Below, in pieces: positions 13,025 to 23,696 of a DNA stretch of 64,000 nt. Made by a program: the position numbers and the translations under genes. Under the pieces are notes generated by a model. That model was not told the origin of the DNA, did no database searches, and was given only the letters and a program-made list of their open reading frames with translations. This DNA comes from Marsupella aquatica (taxonomy: Eukaryota > Plantae > Marchantiophyta): the NCBI GenBank assembly GCA_973895155.1, contig OZ316894.1, forward strand, positions 21,175,867 to 21,239,866, read 5' to 3'. Numbering within the stretch: position 1 is the first letter of the stretch; the number at the start of each line of letters is the position of its first letter.

Positions 13025-13879
13025 GGGCATCTCAACTATGGTCAATTTTCACACATCACTAGGGCGTCTCAACCCTATGCGTTCTAGGACTCCTTCCGGT
13101 CACCCGGATGTCTCTAATCGCCGCCCGATATTGAACACCGGTACCCAAAATCGGGTCCCAAAAAACTGGGGGTCTGAACTTTACCTCGCACCTCAAAGGA
13201 GTCCCGGCACGGGTTAGACCTGGGTTTTTCCAAAGGAAAATTGTAATCAAAAAAACCCGGGAAAAACTTTACGGTCACCAAATCGGTGGGCCGACCACCT
13301 GATCCGGGCGGCCCGCGACTGTGAAATCCCGGGTGCCATTCGGAATTCCAAATGCTTAAGTTTGAGACGCCCTACTAGTGTACCCATGCCGGGGAGCCCG
13401 GTTTGGACTTGTCACACCCGGTAGCCCCAGCCCCGGCCCTGACCCCGACTCCGACCCCGCCCAGCCCCGACCTTGAACCAGAGGGCCGGCTTGCTAAACC
13501 AGGGGAGTCCGGACCGGGCCGGGAGGGGGTCAGGAAAGTTCGGGACCGGGCTGGGGATATCGACAAATATGCGACAAATGACCCCTTTTGGAGCGGGCAA
13601 ATGACAAGTTGTCTGTCAGTTCAAACCGGGCGGGCAGTGTTGTGGGTCGGGGCAGCAGGAAGGACTGGTCGGGCACTGAATGTGAGGTCCGACCAATCAC
13701 GCCCCAGACTTGTAAGAGGTCCTGATGTTCACAGGAAACTCAATCGCATAAGGGTGCCGCGACCCATTCATATTTGACTACTCTAGTAGATGACGGCCCG
13801 GTTATAAACTGTTGCAGTGCACGCAAGTGCATTGCAAGCCACCTGCAAGATTCAATTTTTTTGTATATTTGAGATGCCC
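13025..13879. mobile_element. MITE-like element (outer), TIR GGGCATCTCAA...TTGAGATGCCC, flanked by TA/TA
   Basis: Perfect 11-bp inverted termini, TA on both sides, no coding capacity. Confidence 0.65.
13062..13372. mobile_element. Nested MITE, TIR GGGCGTCTCAA...TTGAGACGCCC, flanked by TA/TA
   Basis: Perfect 11-bp inverted termini nearly identical to those of the enclosing element. Confidence 0.7.
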
Positions 13880-13884
13880 TATTA

Positions 13885-14022
13885 GGGCGTGTCAAATTAA
13901 AGACATAAGAAAAGTCTTATGGCCAAAACCTTTTGGGACATAAAATTCTTAGTGGACATGGATTCAGGTAGCCTGTAAGGACTTATGTCTTGACCATAGA
14001 AGAGTTTTACATGCTTGCCCAT
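13885..14022. mobile_element. Truncated MITE, homologous (inverted) to the element at 52426-52583
   Basis: Starts GGGCGTGTCAAA. Internal gtcttatggc..aaac.ttttg.gacata...aggtagcc.gta...ttatgtc matches the reverse complement of 52426-52583. The right TIR was not found. Confidence 0.55.
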
Positions 14023-14729
14023 ATGTTGTCACGAGGACTTAAAGTAATATGACTACCTCGGGTAAGTGACTTGTTTCTAGCTGCATTTGAGACAAGTAAC
14101 AAGCAGGAGGTTTGAGAGTTCACTCTCAAACTCCTTTCTTTTTAATTGTATCTTTCACTTTACAATGGTTGCCCTCAAGTGGGCCACTTTTGAGAGTGTG
14201 GTCATTGGTCTTGCTAAGGGTCAGTGTCTATCTCGCATCAAGCTCACTATCCCTTGAGTAGCTAGCATTTCAGGAAACATGAAAAAACCCAACTCCTTAA
14301 GCTCTCATACTCATGTGAAGTAGTTGACATAGATTAGTTTTCTTGACCCACAAACAAAAAGAGTGGCAGTGATAAATAGAAAAGATTTAGTGGCAAGGTA
14401 TTTATCATCCCCAAAAAGAGTGGCAACCTAGTAAATCCTAGAATTTTCATTTTCCTTTGAGATCATTCATATTTCTGCCTTTTCTTTTCCTTCTCTTTTT
14501 TTGATCATGTTGGAAGGGAGAGGGAGGGAGCCAAAGAGCCAGGGAGGGAGACTGGAAGGAGAGAAAGGGAGGGCACAGAAAGGGAGGGCACGGGAGAGGA
14601 GGATTTTTTTATAAAAAGGGTCTCTTCCTCCATATAGCACTGCAGGGTGGCCACTCTTGACCCCTTGATGCCCCAACCACAGCCCTCCATCTTGCACTCC
14701 CTCCCACTCTCTTGCCCTCACAACAACAC

Positions 14730-14901
14730 CTTGTGACATGCTTTGCCTAGCTTTGACAATCTTCTCCCCTTGACATTGTTTTCATCTTGACATCTTTTTT
14801 TTTCCTTAACATTTTTTTTCTCATCTTGACATATTTTCTCAACTTGACATCATATCCTGACCTCAACATCTTTTTCTCACCTCAACATCTTATGTGCAAT
14901 A
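14730..14901. repeat. Minisatellite (ttgacat/tcaacatcttt units), left part; interrupted by the Copia insertion
   Basis: Repeated ~19-20-bp motifs; the array resumes at 21590. Confidence 0.7.
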
Positions 14902-15245
14902 TGTTAGATATTGCTCTAGTCTTGTGACTCTTGTGCTAACCACAGTTAGGCTAACTCGGGTTAGGACCTAGCTAAGGTTAGCGGTAGTGCTATTGTGCAT
15001 ATAGCCAGGGCTGATGCCAGACCTTGGTGGAACTTAGGCTCATTGTTACAGAGCTAGTTGAGAGATAGGGAGAGCTTGTGCCGTGGATGCTTGGTATGGC
15101 CGGTCGGCCTAGAGTGCAGTAAAGCTCTTGTGTGTTCCCGTGGACGTAGCCTCATGTGGAGGTGAACCACGTATCTCTCTATGTCGACTATTGTGCGTTG
15201 GATGGTTCATGGGCTTGCCGTTACGAATGTCGTCTATGCTCAACA
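14902..15245 (+). repeat. 5' LTR (344 bp)
   Basis: TGTTAGATATT...CTATGCTCAACA; 6 mismatches to the 3' LTR by manual comparison. Confidence 0.97.
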
Positions 15246-15247
15246 AG

Positions 15248-15259
15248 TGGTATCAGAGC
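15248..15259 (+). promoter_or_regulatory. Primer-binding site for initiator tRNA-Met
   Basis: TGGTATCAGAGC 2 nt after the 5' LTR. Confidence 0.95.
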
Positions 15260-16759
15260 ATGTCTGGGAGGTGACGAGGTTTTTTCGTGACAGGTTTTTC
15301 CAGCGTTCATTGTCGATGGTACATTCGGAGTTTCGTCGCATGAAACTCAAATGTATGTGGTTGTGCGGATAGGTTAGTGAGAGGGCTTTCTAACGGTGGT
15401 TAGAACTTGTTGATCGGTATCCGTGGTGCGAAGGATTTGATGTTTGCATCGTTCAGGGTTTATTCGTGTTCGATGGTATTTTGGGGGAGAAACCAGAGAT
15501 CATTTCTTCAACGGTGTGAGCTGTGCGGTGTGCGGGGCGTTGCATGTGATAGTTCAAGTTGAAGGTTGGAGCATGTTGGTCGTTTTGGTATCTAGTTTGC
15601 TGAAGTTTGCGGAACGAGTGCGTCATGACGAGTGAAGGAGGCATTCTGGTTGTTTGACAAGCTATGGTGCTTGTTTTTCCCTGAACCGGATTACTCATCG
15701 TGACGCTTGACTCGGAGGAAGAAACGTGAAGTGCTGAGGCTCAACGGAGAGATCGTGGCGAGACGGTCGTTTTTGAGTCCGGGATTGGCACTTGACGCGG
15801 AGTGAGTCGACGCAACAGAAGTTCTTTCTCTGGTGGAGCTTCAGACGTGCCGGTGCAATTCGGAAACATTTTCATATCAGCGGTCATCACTTTTCTCATT
15901 GGAAACCAAAGCGGAGGCGGCTGAGGTTTGTAAGACGGCCTTTGTGTCATTTTGGGCACATTTTTAAGGTTAGTTTAGGGCATTTTTTGCCCCAATACGG
16001 CCCCAATACCCGACAAACCAGGTTCGCCATACGCCCCGGTGCACACACCGGCCTCCCACACCCCTCTAAGCGTGAAAATGTGCTTTTTTGGGCCCAAATA
16101 CGGCCAAAAATGCCCATATACGGCCCAAATACGCGAAAATACTCATGTTTTGACCCCTTTAAACCCATTTTTTCACATTTTTTGCTGTTTATACGCAATT
16201 CTGGCCACGAATACGCGCGCCTTTGCCAGGGGCTTTAAGACCCCTTTAGAGTGTGTTTTTCTGAATATATTTTTTTCTCTCCTCCTCCTCATTGGTTTTG
16301 CCTCATCCCGGGCCCTGTGACCCTCCGTTTTAACCGCTCCGACAGGGGGAACGGCCCCATGTGAGCCCTGTTGGACTGTGCGGGAATATTCCCAAAAATA
16401 AACAGAGAGTTGTTTTTTGGCCGTCCGACAAAGATTTCGTCTGCCGAACGGTAACTTTTTTAGTTCTTTTTCGGCAAGGACGTTGCCACTAGAGTTAGCA
16501 ACGCGGCGCACCAATCACATCGCGATTCCGACGACGGGTTGTCCTTGGTATTTTGGTTATTCTTTGAGGTGGTCAAAACGGGGGAGTTTCCCAAGGTTTT
16601 ACCCACCCCGACCGAAATTTGAATAACTTTTCCGTCGAATTTTGATTTTGATTTTGGCTTTCAGTATTGGACTCCTAGCTTCGTGGGCTACGCGGCGGTG
16701 TTGAGTTTTGAGTTTTATGAGAAGTTTTGAGAAAAGACATTTTTTCGTGATTATTTCAT

Positions 16760-19700
16760 ATGAGTGACTCGGAGGATACTGGAAGAATTGGCGTCGATGG
16801 AGCTTCAGGATCGCGACGATCAGATGGTGAGTCTAAGGAGGAGCTGCTACCGTTTGAGGAGGAACTAGTGACACCGGTACGATCACCGGTGCGGCGTGCA
16901 GTGGAGGAAGCTGTGTTACTACCAGAGCTATCGGTAGTAGGAAAGAAGAGGGAGATGGCTAGATTCGGAGGAGTAAAGTTTGAGGTGGAGAAGTACAATG
17001 GTCGTACTGACTACTTGCTGTGGGAGAAGCAAGTGAAGGGTGTTCTACGGGCCATGGGTTTAGCTCATCTGCTCTCTTCGCGAGAGCAGTATGATGGAGA
17101 GGAGGAGATTTCTTTGAGACAGTGGAGACAGGAACAGGTGATTGCTGTCAATGCAGTGATGCTATATCTCAAGCCGCATATCATCAAGCAGTTGGATGAT
17201 TATGCGGATTGCACGTCACTGTTCAAGGCTCTAAGAGAGAAGTACTACCGGGAAGATGCGTCAGACCGGCTGTACAAGAAGTCTCTCTTGATGAGCCTTA
17301 GGCTCAAGGAAGGGAGCAAGATGCAAGATCACCTGGATGAATTTGACAGTCTAGCGGTGAATCTGTCAAACCTGGGAAAAGAAGTTGAAGATGAGGATAA
17401 GGCCTTGCTTCTGCTAAGCTCCTTATTGCTGTCTTATCAGGGCTTGAAATAGGTGCTCTTGTACAGAGATTTAAAGTCCATTTCGTATAATGAGGTGGTG
17501 AGCTCATTACTGTCTGATGATGCTCAGAAGAAGCTAGGTCAATCACAGACAGCATCTTCTTCTAGCACTGCGTTGAATGTGAACAGGGGAAGAGCAACGC
17601 AACGCACGAATGGGCAGAACAGGTTTAGATCTATATCACGGAGGAGATCTAAATCCAGAGGGAAATTGCAAGAGAGGAAGCCTCTTGCATGTTGGAATTG
17701 TGGCAAGCCTGACCACATGAAAAGGGATTGTCGAGTAAAGGTCCCTACTGCCTCTGCTAATGCGGCATCGAGCTCGCATGAGGTAGATTTACTCGATGAT
17801 GATGACATATTGTGATGTCAAGGTTATGCTCTCAACGTAGTGTCAAATCCAGGTAGTGATGACTGGATTCTAGATAGTGCATGTACTTTTCACATTTGCT
17901 CTAGGAGAGATTGTTTCAATTCTTACACGATTTCCAACGGGTCAGTGTTGATGGGAAATGGAATCCCATGTCAAGTTGTTGGACTTGGATCTGTAAGATT
18001 TCAGATGTTTGATGGTGTTGTGAGAACGTTGAGGAATGTGAGACATATTCCCAGCATGATGAAAAATCTCATTTCACTTGGAGTTTTAGAAGCAAATGAC
18101 CATCAGTGGAGCTTTGCTAATGGTATCCTTCAGGTTTCAACTGGTACTAAAGTTGTATTGAAGGGAAAGAGACATAGCAATCTATACGTTTTGGAGGGCA
18201 GTGTAGTTTGTGATGAAGCCAATGTAACCTTATCTCATGAGGAGACGGCCCGGCTGTGGCACTTCCGTTTGGGCCACATGAGTGAAAAATGTTTGGTTAT
18301 TCTTTAGAAGAAAGGATTACTTTCTAATTTGCAATCTTGTAAGTTGGAATTTTGTGAACATTGTGTGCTAGAAAAGCAGCACAGGAAACCCTTCGGAGTT
18401 GGAACTCACACCAACAAGGAGGTATTTGAGTATGTACATAGTGATGTGTGGGGTTCAGCCCCTACTCCCTCACATTCTGGACGGTTATACTATGTCACGT
18501 TCATAGACGATTACTCAAGGTATGTGTGGATAAATTTTCTACACAATAAGTCTGATGTTTTTGCCACTTTTAAGGAGTGGAAAGCCCAAGTTGAGAATCA
18601 GACTGGTAATAAGGTGAAATATCTTCGATCAGATAACGGCGGTGAATACAGTTCCGAGAAATTTGGAACGTATTGTAAGGAGCAGGGGATTACCCGCCAT
18701 CTCACAACAAGTTATACTCCTCAGCAGAATGGTATTTTTGAGAGACTCAACCGAACACTATTGGACCGCTCGAGGAGTATGTTGAGTCAATCATGCTTAC
18801 CACATGAGTTTTGGGCTGAAGCTGTCAACACTACAGCTTATTTGGTAAAATTTTCTCCATCTAGTTCTATTGGATTCAAGACGCCATTTGAAATGAGGTA
18901 CGGGCATCCAGCAGATTACTCACATCTAAGGATTTTTGGATGTGATGCTTATGTGCTTACACCTTCCCAGCTTTGATCCAAGCTGGAGTCCAAGTCGAAG
19001 AAGTGCATTTTCCTTGGTTATCAGAAAGGTGTGAAGGGTTATAGGTTATGGGATCCAGTAACGTGTAAGCTAATTGTCAGTAGAGATGTGTCCTTTAATG
19101 AATCCAGATCATCAAAGGAGGGGGAGAGTTCTCAGGACTCCCATACTGACAAGGGGAAATCTCCCATCCCGGACCGGGTTGAGGGGGAGATTAGTCATGA
19201 TGCAGTTCATGACAGGAGAGATGGAGAAGCTTCGGGCTTGGAGCTGGTTCCTGTGATGGAACAAGAGGAGCAAATTGTTGTTGGGGTACCTCAAATTCAA
19301 CCAGCAGCAGCAACAGATCAGCCTAAGTCATCTACTAGAAGAACTTCCAGTCGTTCTACTAGAGCTCCTACCAGGTATGGTCAATGAGCAGACTCATCTA
19401 AGCTAGATGATATTGACATTGCACCTGATGAAGATGATATGGCTTTGATCTTGGAAGAAGGAGAGCCTTCTTCGTATAGTGAGGCTTGTGCTTCAGAGCA
19501 GAAGCATGAGTGGAATATAGCAATGCAGAGGGAGTTGCAATCTTTGAGTGACAACAAGACATGGAAGCTGGTGGAGCTTCCAAGAGGTCAGCAAGTGGTG
19601 GACAGCAAGAAAATTTACAAGTTGAAGGATAGTCCTTCAGAGGGTGGAGACAAGATCTACAAGGCAAGGCTTGTTGCCAAGGGATTCACTCAGGAGAAAG

Positions 19701-21033
19701 GAGTGGATTACAATGAGGTCTTTTCACCGGTTGCTAAGTATTCCATAATTCGGATCTTGTGTCAGCTTGTTGTGTTTTTTGGTCTGGTGATGGATCAGAT
19801 GGATGTTGTTACTGCTTTTCTCTATGGCAACTTGGAAGAGATGATTTTCATGAGACAACCACTAGGCTTTATGAAGAAGGGCCAAGAGAACTTAGTTTGC
19901 AGATTTCTCAAGTCCTTGTATGGATTGAAGCAGTGTCCCAGACAGTGGAACAAGCGGTTTGATGATTTCATGCTTGCTCAAGGTTTTACAAGGATGGTGT
20001 ATGATCCTTGTGTGTATACGAAATCAATCAAGAATGATGTATTTGGTTTCATCATTCTAGTTATCTATGTGGATGACATGTTGATTGTGGTTAAAGATCA
20101 ATCTGAGGTTGACAGTCTCAAGGCGAAATTGAGTGTTGAATTCAGGATGAAGGATCTTGGTAAGGCCAAGACAATCTTAGGGATGGAGATTTTTAGGAAC
20201 TCTGAGACTGGACAGTTGTGCTTGAGTCAAGGCCAGTATGCGAGGAAAGTACTTGCACGATTCAACATGGAAAATTGTAAGCCAGTGAGTATTCCTTTAG
20301 CTTCACATTTCAAGTTATCATCGGCTTTCTCTCCTACGGATGCTGTGGAGAAAGGTCTGATGGCTAAGATTCCTTATGAGAAGGCAGTAGGCAGTCTGAT
20401 GTATTTGATGACTTGTACTAGGCCTGACTTGGCCCTAGCGATGGGCAAGGTTAGCAGATTCATGTCAAATCTAGGGAAGATACATTGGGAAGCTGTGAAG
20501 TGGATTATCAGGTATCTGAAGGGAACATAGGACTATGGATTACTATTTGATAACAGATCAAATAGAACGTTAGTTGGCTATGTAGATTCTGACTATGGAG
20601 GCTATCTGGATACAAGGAGATCTACAACTGGGTTTGTATACACTATTGGAGGAGGATGTATCAGTCGAAAATCTACCTCGCAAAAGTGCATATCTCAGTC
20701 TACTACAGAAGCAGAGTATGTTGCAGCAGCAGAAGCTGCAAAGAAAGCAATTTGGTTGGATAAGTTGATCACGGAGATGGGTTTAGAGCATGGAAAAATG
20801 ACTCTAAACTGTGATAGTCAGAGTGCTCTTCACTTGGTTGCTAACCAGGTGATGGATAGCAGGGTAAAGCACATTGATATCAGGTACCATTTTATCAGGC
20901 AAGTAGTGTCTGATAAAACTTTTGAGTTAGTCAAGATTGATGGAAAGCTCAATCCCGCTGATGCTTTACCAAAGTGATTCCTTTGGAGAGTTTCTCAAGA
21001 CACCGTGCTACTTTACAGGTTTTGCAGTTGTAA
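16760..21033 (+). pseudogene. Copia gag-pol polyprotein interrupted by six in-frame stops and a terminal frameshift
   Basis: Zinc knuckle CWNCGKPDHMKRDC, protease WILDSAC, integrase LWHFRLGH/VHSDVWG/LRSDNGGEY/PQQNG, RT YKARLVAKG/QMDVVTAFL/YVDDM, RNase H TEAEY/KHIDIRYHF. All ORF pieces share one frame. Stops at 17450, 17813, 18305, 18974, 19385 and 20528; probable 1-nt deletion near 20970. Confidence 0.95.
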
Positions 21034-21229
21034 TGCAAGTAGAGTTATTTAGAAATGTGTGACTATTTGTATATGGATTACTCATTCCTGTTAGGCTATG
21101 GCTTAGTTCTAGTTAACCCTTAGTTAACTCTTGTGGTTTTTAGGGGGAGACCTGGTTTGGTGATTGTCTAGAACTTCCCGCTGAGGATTCCATATGGTAG
21201 CATTTAGTCCAGTCCCCAAGACAAGAGTC

Positions 21230-21238
21230 AAGGGGGAG
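21230..21238 (+). promoter_or_regulatory. Polypurine tract
   Basis: AAGGGGGAG immediately before the 3' LTR. Confidence 0.9.
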
Positions 21239-21240
21239 TT

Positions 21241-21584
21241 TGTTAGATATTGCTCTAGTCTTGTGTCTCTTGTGCTAACCACAGTTAGGCTAGCTCGGGT
21301 TAGGACCTAGCTAAGGTTAGCGGTAGTGCTATTGTGCATATAGCCAGGGCTGATGCCAGACCTTGGTGGAACTTAGGCTCATTGTTACGGAGCTAGTTGA
21401 GAGATAGGGAGAGCTTGTGATGTGGATGCTTGGTATGGCCGGTCGACCTAGAGTGCAGTAAAGCTCTTGTGTGTTCCCGTGGACGTAGCCTCATGTGGAG
21501 GTGAACCACGTATCTCTCTATGTCGACTATTGTGCGTTGGATGGTTCATGGGCTTGCCGTTACGAATGTCGTCTATGCTCAACA
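21241..21584 (+). repeat. 3' LTR (344 bp)
   Basis: Near-identical direct repeat of 14902-15245. Confidence 0.97.
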
Positions 21585-21589
21585 CAATA

Positions 21590-21820
21590 GGGTACAGTCC
21601 ATCAACATATTTTTTTCACCGCAACATCTTCTATGCAATGTGCTATCACCCCTCAACATCTTTTTCACACAGCAACATCTTTTGTGCAAGGGGCTATTGT
21701 CCCTCAACATCTTTTTCTCATCGCAACATCTTCTGTGCAACATACTATAGTCAATAGTCTCTCAACATCTTTTGTGCAACCGACCCTGGTCCATAGTCCC
21801 TCAAGATCTTGTGTGCAAAG
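21590..21820. repeat. Minisatellite, right part (caacatctt(t/c)t...tgtgcaa units)
   Basis: At least seven caacat(c/a)tt motifs continuing the array from 14730-14901. Confidence 0.75.
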
Positions 21821-22089
21821 GGACTGTAGTCCACGAGCCCTATGCCCATGCGTTGCACGGCGCAAGGAGGGCGGGCCCATAGAGAGTCGGGCTGGGGCAT
21901 TTGTGGGGCAGCGTGGGGAAGCACATATGCGCCAAGGGTGCCCATTTTCTCCATCAATGGTCAAGGAAAACAGTCAAACCAATTCAATGACTGAATCTTT
22001 CCCGCCCATGAGTTTTTTTGTATTGAGACTAATGACTAAAAAAACTAGCAATTTTAAATTATTTTGCCACTAAAGATATTTTAATTCAT

Positions 22090-22219
22090 AATATTGTCAC
22101 TACTTTTGGCATTTATAAAAATACCATTTTCTATTATATGGATGATAAATTTACCAAAGGAAACCAGGGAACTATATACAAAAACTCAGTGATATTTTTA
22201 TAAATACAGTGACAATATT
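22090..22219. repeat. AT-rich fold-back (possible small MITE)
   Basis: aatattgtcact...atttataaaaata versus tatttttataaat..agtgacaatatt are inverted repeats. Confidence 0.5.
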
Positions 22220-22522
22220 CTAATTCAGGTCCACTTCCGTCTGTGTGGCCTTTGTCCCCGGATGGCGGCGGTTCTTTGGGCGGTTGCCTCCCTTGAAAAA
22301 AAGAAAAAGAAAAGAAAAAAAGGAAAAAAAATCTAATTCAAAAGTACTTATTATTATTATTATAATAGTTATAGATAGTTGTGAAGCTTTGAGACCCCCA
22401 TTAACATTAAAGAGTATGCAGGGGTTGAGGCTACCCTCTATTAACATTCAAAGGATGGACATTCAGGCTCGTGCACTCAAAATAGCAAAGAGAGAAATCA
22501 GGAAGGGCATTTATGTGTGTGA

Positions 22523-23460
22523 AGAAAGCGGAGCTCGAGCTAGAGAAGTTGCATCGATGAGCGCGAGGGTGGTGACGAATCGAGCCAAGCGGGGCTCGCC
22601 ATATCCTATTCAGCAACGAGTCCGCAAAGACGGTGGCAACAAGTGAGTGAGACCCACATTTCGGCATTGAATCTATTTGTTTGCCTCGTTCACATCTCTC
22701 TCGCGTTCGGGATGCCGTCCTGCTTGAACTGATCCGAGCTCTACGTGAGCGTAGGGTTCCATCTTGGGATGCTGGTCGTGTGTGCTTAGCTTTCTTGGGT
22801 CTTATTGTGTTTTATTGAGAACCAAATTTTGGTATTGCATCTTTTTGTTTGCCTCGTTCATATCTCTCTCGCGTTCGGGATGCCGTCCAACAAATCCGAG
22901 CTCTACGTGAGCGTAGGGTTTCATCTTGGGATGCTGGTCGGGTGCGCTTAGCTTTCTTGGGTCTTATTGTGCTTTATTGAGAACCAAATTTTGGTATTGC
23001 ATCGGTTTGTTTGCCTCAATCAGATCTCTGTGGCCTTCCGGATGCCGTCCTGCTTAACTGATCCGAGCTCTACCTAAGCGTAGGGTTTCATCTTGGGATG
23101 CTGGTCGTTTGCGCTTAGCTTTCCAGGGTCTTGTTGTGATTTTTTGAGAACCACATTTCGGCATTGCATCTGTTTGCTGGTTGACGTCTCTCTCCCTTCT
23201 GCCGTTTTTGAACTAATCCAAGCTCTACATGAACTTTAGGGTTTCATCTTGGGATGCTAGACATGTTGCGTTGTGGATCCTGGTGTAAGTTATCAGTCGT
23301 CATTGGCCTGGCTGTGTCCTGCATCCTTTAGAAGGCGCCTTACTGCGGATCAATGAAATGTGCTTATACGCGGATGCTAAATGTAAAGAATTCTTCATGG
23401 CACGGAGCTGTGCCTTCAATGCGCTTCTTTGTTTTGACTTTTGGAGAAGATATATTTTTC
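22523..23460 (+). repeat. Leader module copy 1: uORF-bearing exon (ATG 22557, donor AA|GTGAGT 22643), ~165-bp telo-box tandem units x4, H/ACA snoRNA
   Basis: Inverted near-identical copy at 42040-42805. Units start at ~22649, 22817, 22979 and 23146; TAGGGTTT at 22914, 23081 and 23237. Confidence 0.9.
23321..23455 (+). ncRNA. Candidate H/ACA snoRNA A (18S rRNA guide)
   Basis: Two hairpins (GCATCC/GGATGC; TTCTTCA/TGGAGAA) and a terminal ATA+3 nt. The 3' pocket TGGCAC + GACTT pairs with 18S AAGUC-UG-GUGCCA, 14 nt from the ATA box. The 5' pocket TATACGC pairs with 18S GCGUAUA. The H box is imperfect. Confidence 0.7.
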
Positions 23461-23545
23461 AAAATGACGATCTATATCTATCTACCTGTGGATGCAAGGA
23501 ACTAAGTCTTAGTGGTTTCTTCTATGTCATATCTTTATTTTTCCG

Positions 23546-23696
23546 TTGCTTCTGCCAAGAGGCGTTACCATGTTGCCCACTCTAGCAGCATGGGTGTCGG
23601 CAGAAGCGTAAAGAAAGAGCGTCGTAAGAGCGACCAGTTTTAAACCAACGCCGTTTCCCTTACTGATCTGGTGTTGACCTGTCTACTGGGACATTT
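23546..23696 (+). ncRNA. Candidate H/ACA snoRNA B (25S rRNA guide)
   Basis: Hairpin GCTTCTGCC/GGCAGAAGC, H box AAAGAA (23610-15), hairpin CCAGT/ACTGG, ACA (23691-93). Pocket 1 AGAGGCGTT + GTCG pairs with 25S UGAC-UG-AACGCCUCU. Pocket 2 AAAC + ACCTGTCT pairs with 25S AGACAGGU-UA-GUUU. Both pockets are 14 nt from their box. Confidence 0.85.

Larger units (their letters stand above)
14902..21584 (+). mobile_element. Full-length Ty1/Copia LTR retrotransposon with 5-bp TSD CAATA
   Basis: TG...CA LTRs of 344 bp at both ends, CAATA at 14897-14901 and 21585-21589, PBS, PPT, and gag-PR-IN-RT-RH domain order. Confidence 0.98.

Noticed and set aside
15741-16626. Several ORFs and cccaaatacg sub-repeats in the Copia 5' leader as an extra gene
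   Set aside because: Short, overlapping and without motifs; consistent with a repetitive untranslated leader.
22649-23270. Regularly spaced repeats as a CRISPR-like array or telomerase RNA (AAACCCTA; GACCCACAT resembling a Pol III USE)
   Set aside because: Whole units are homologous with no unique spacers; the USE match is imperfect with no TATA at the expected distance; the context is a Pol II intron.
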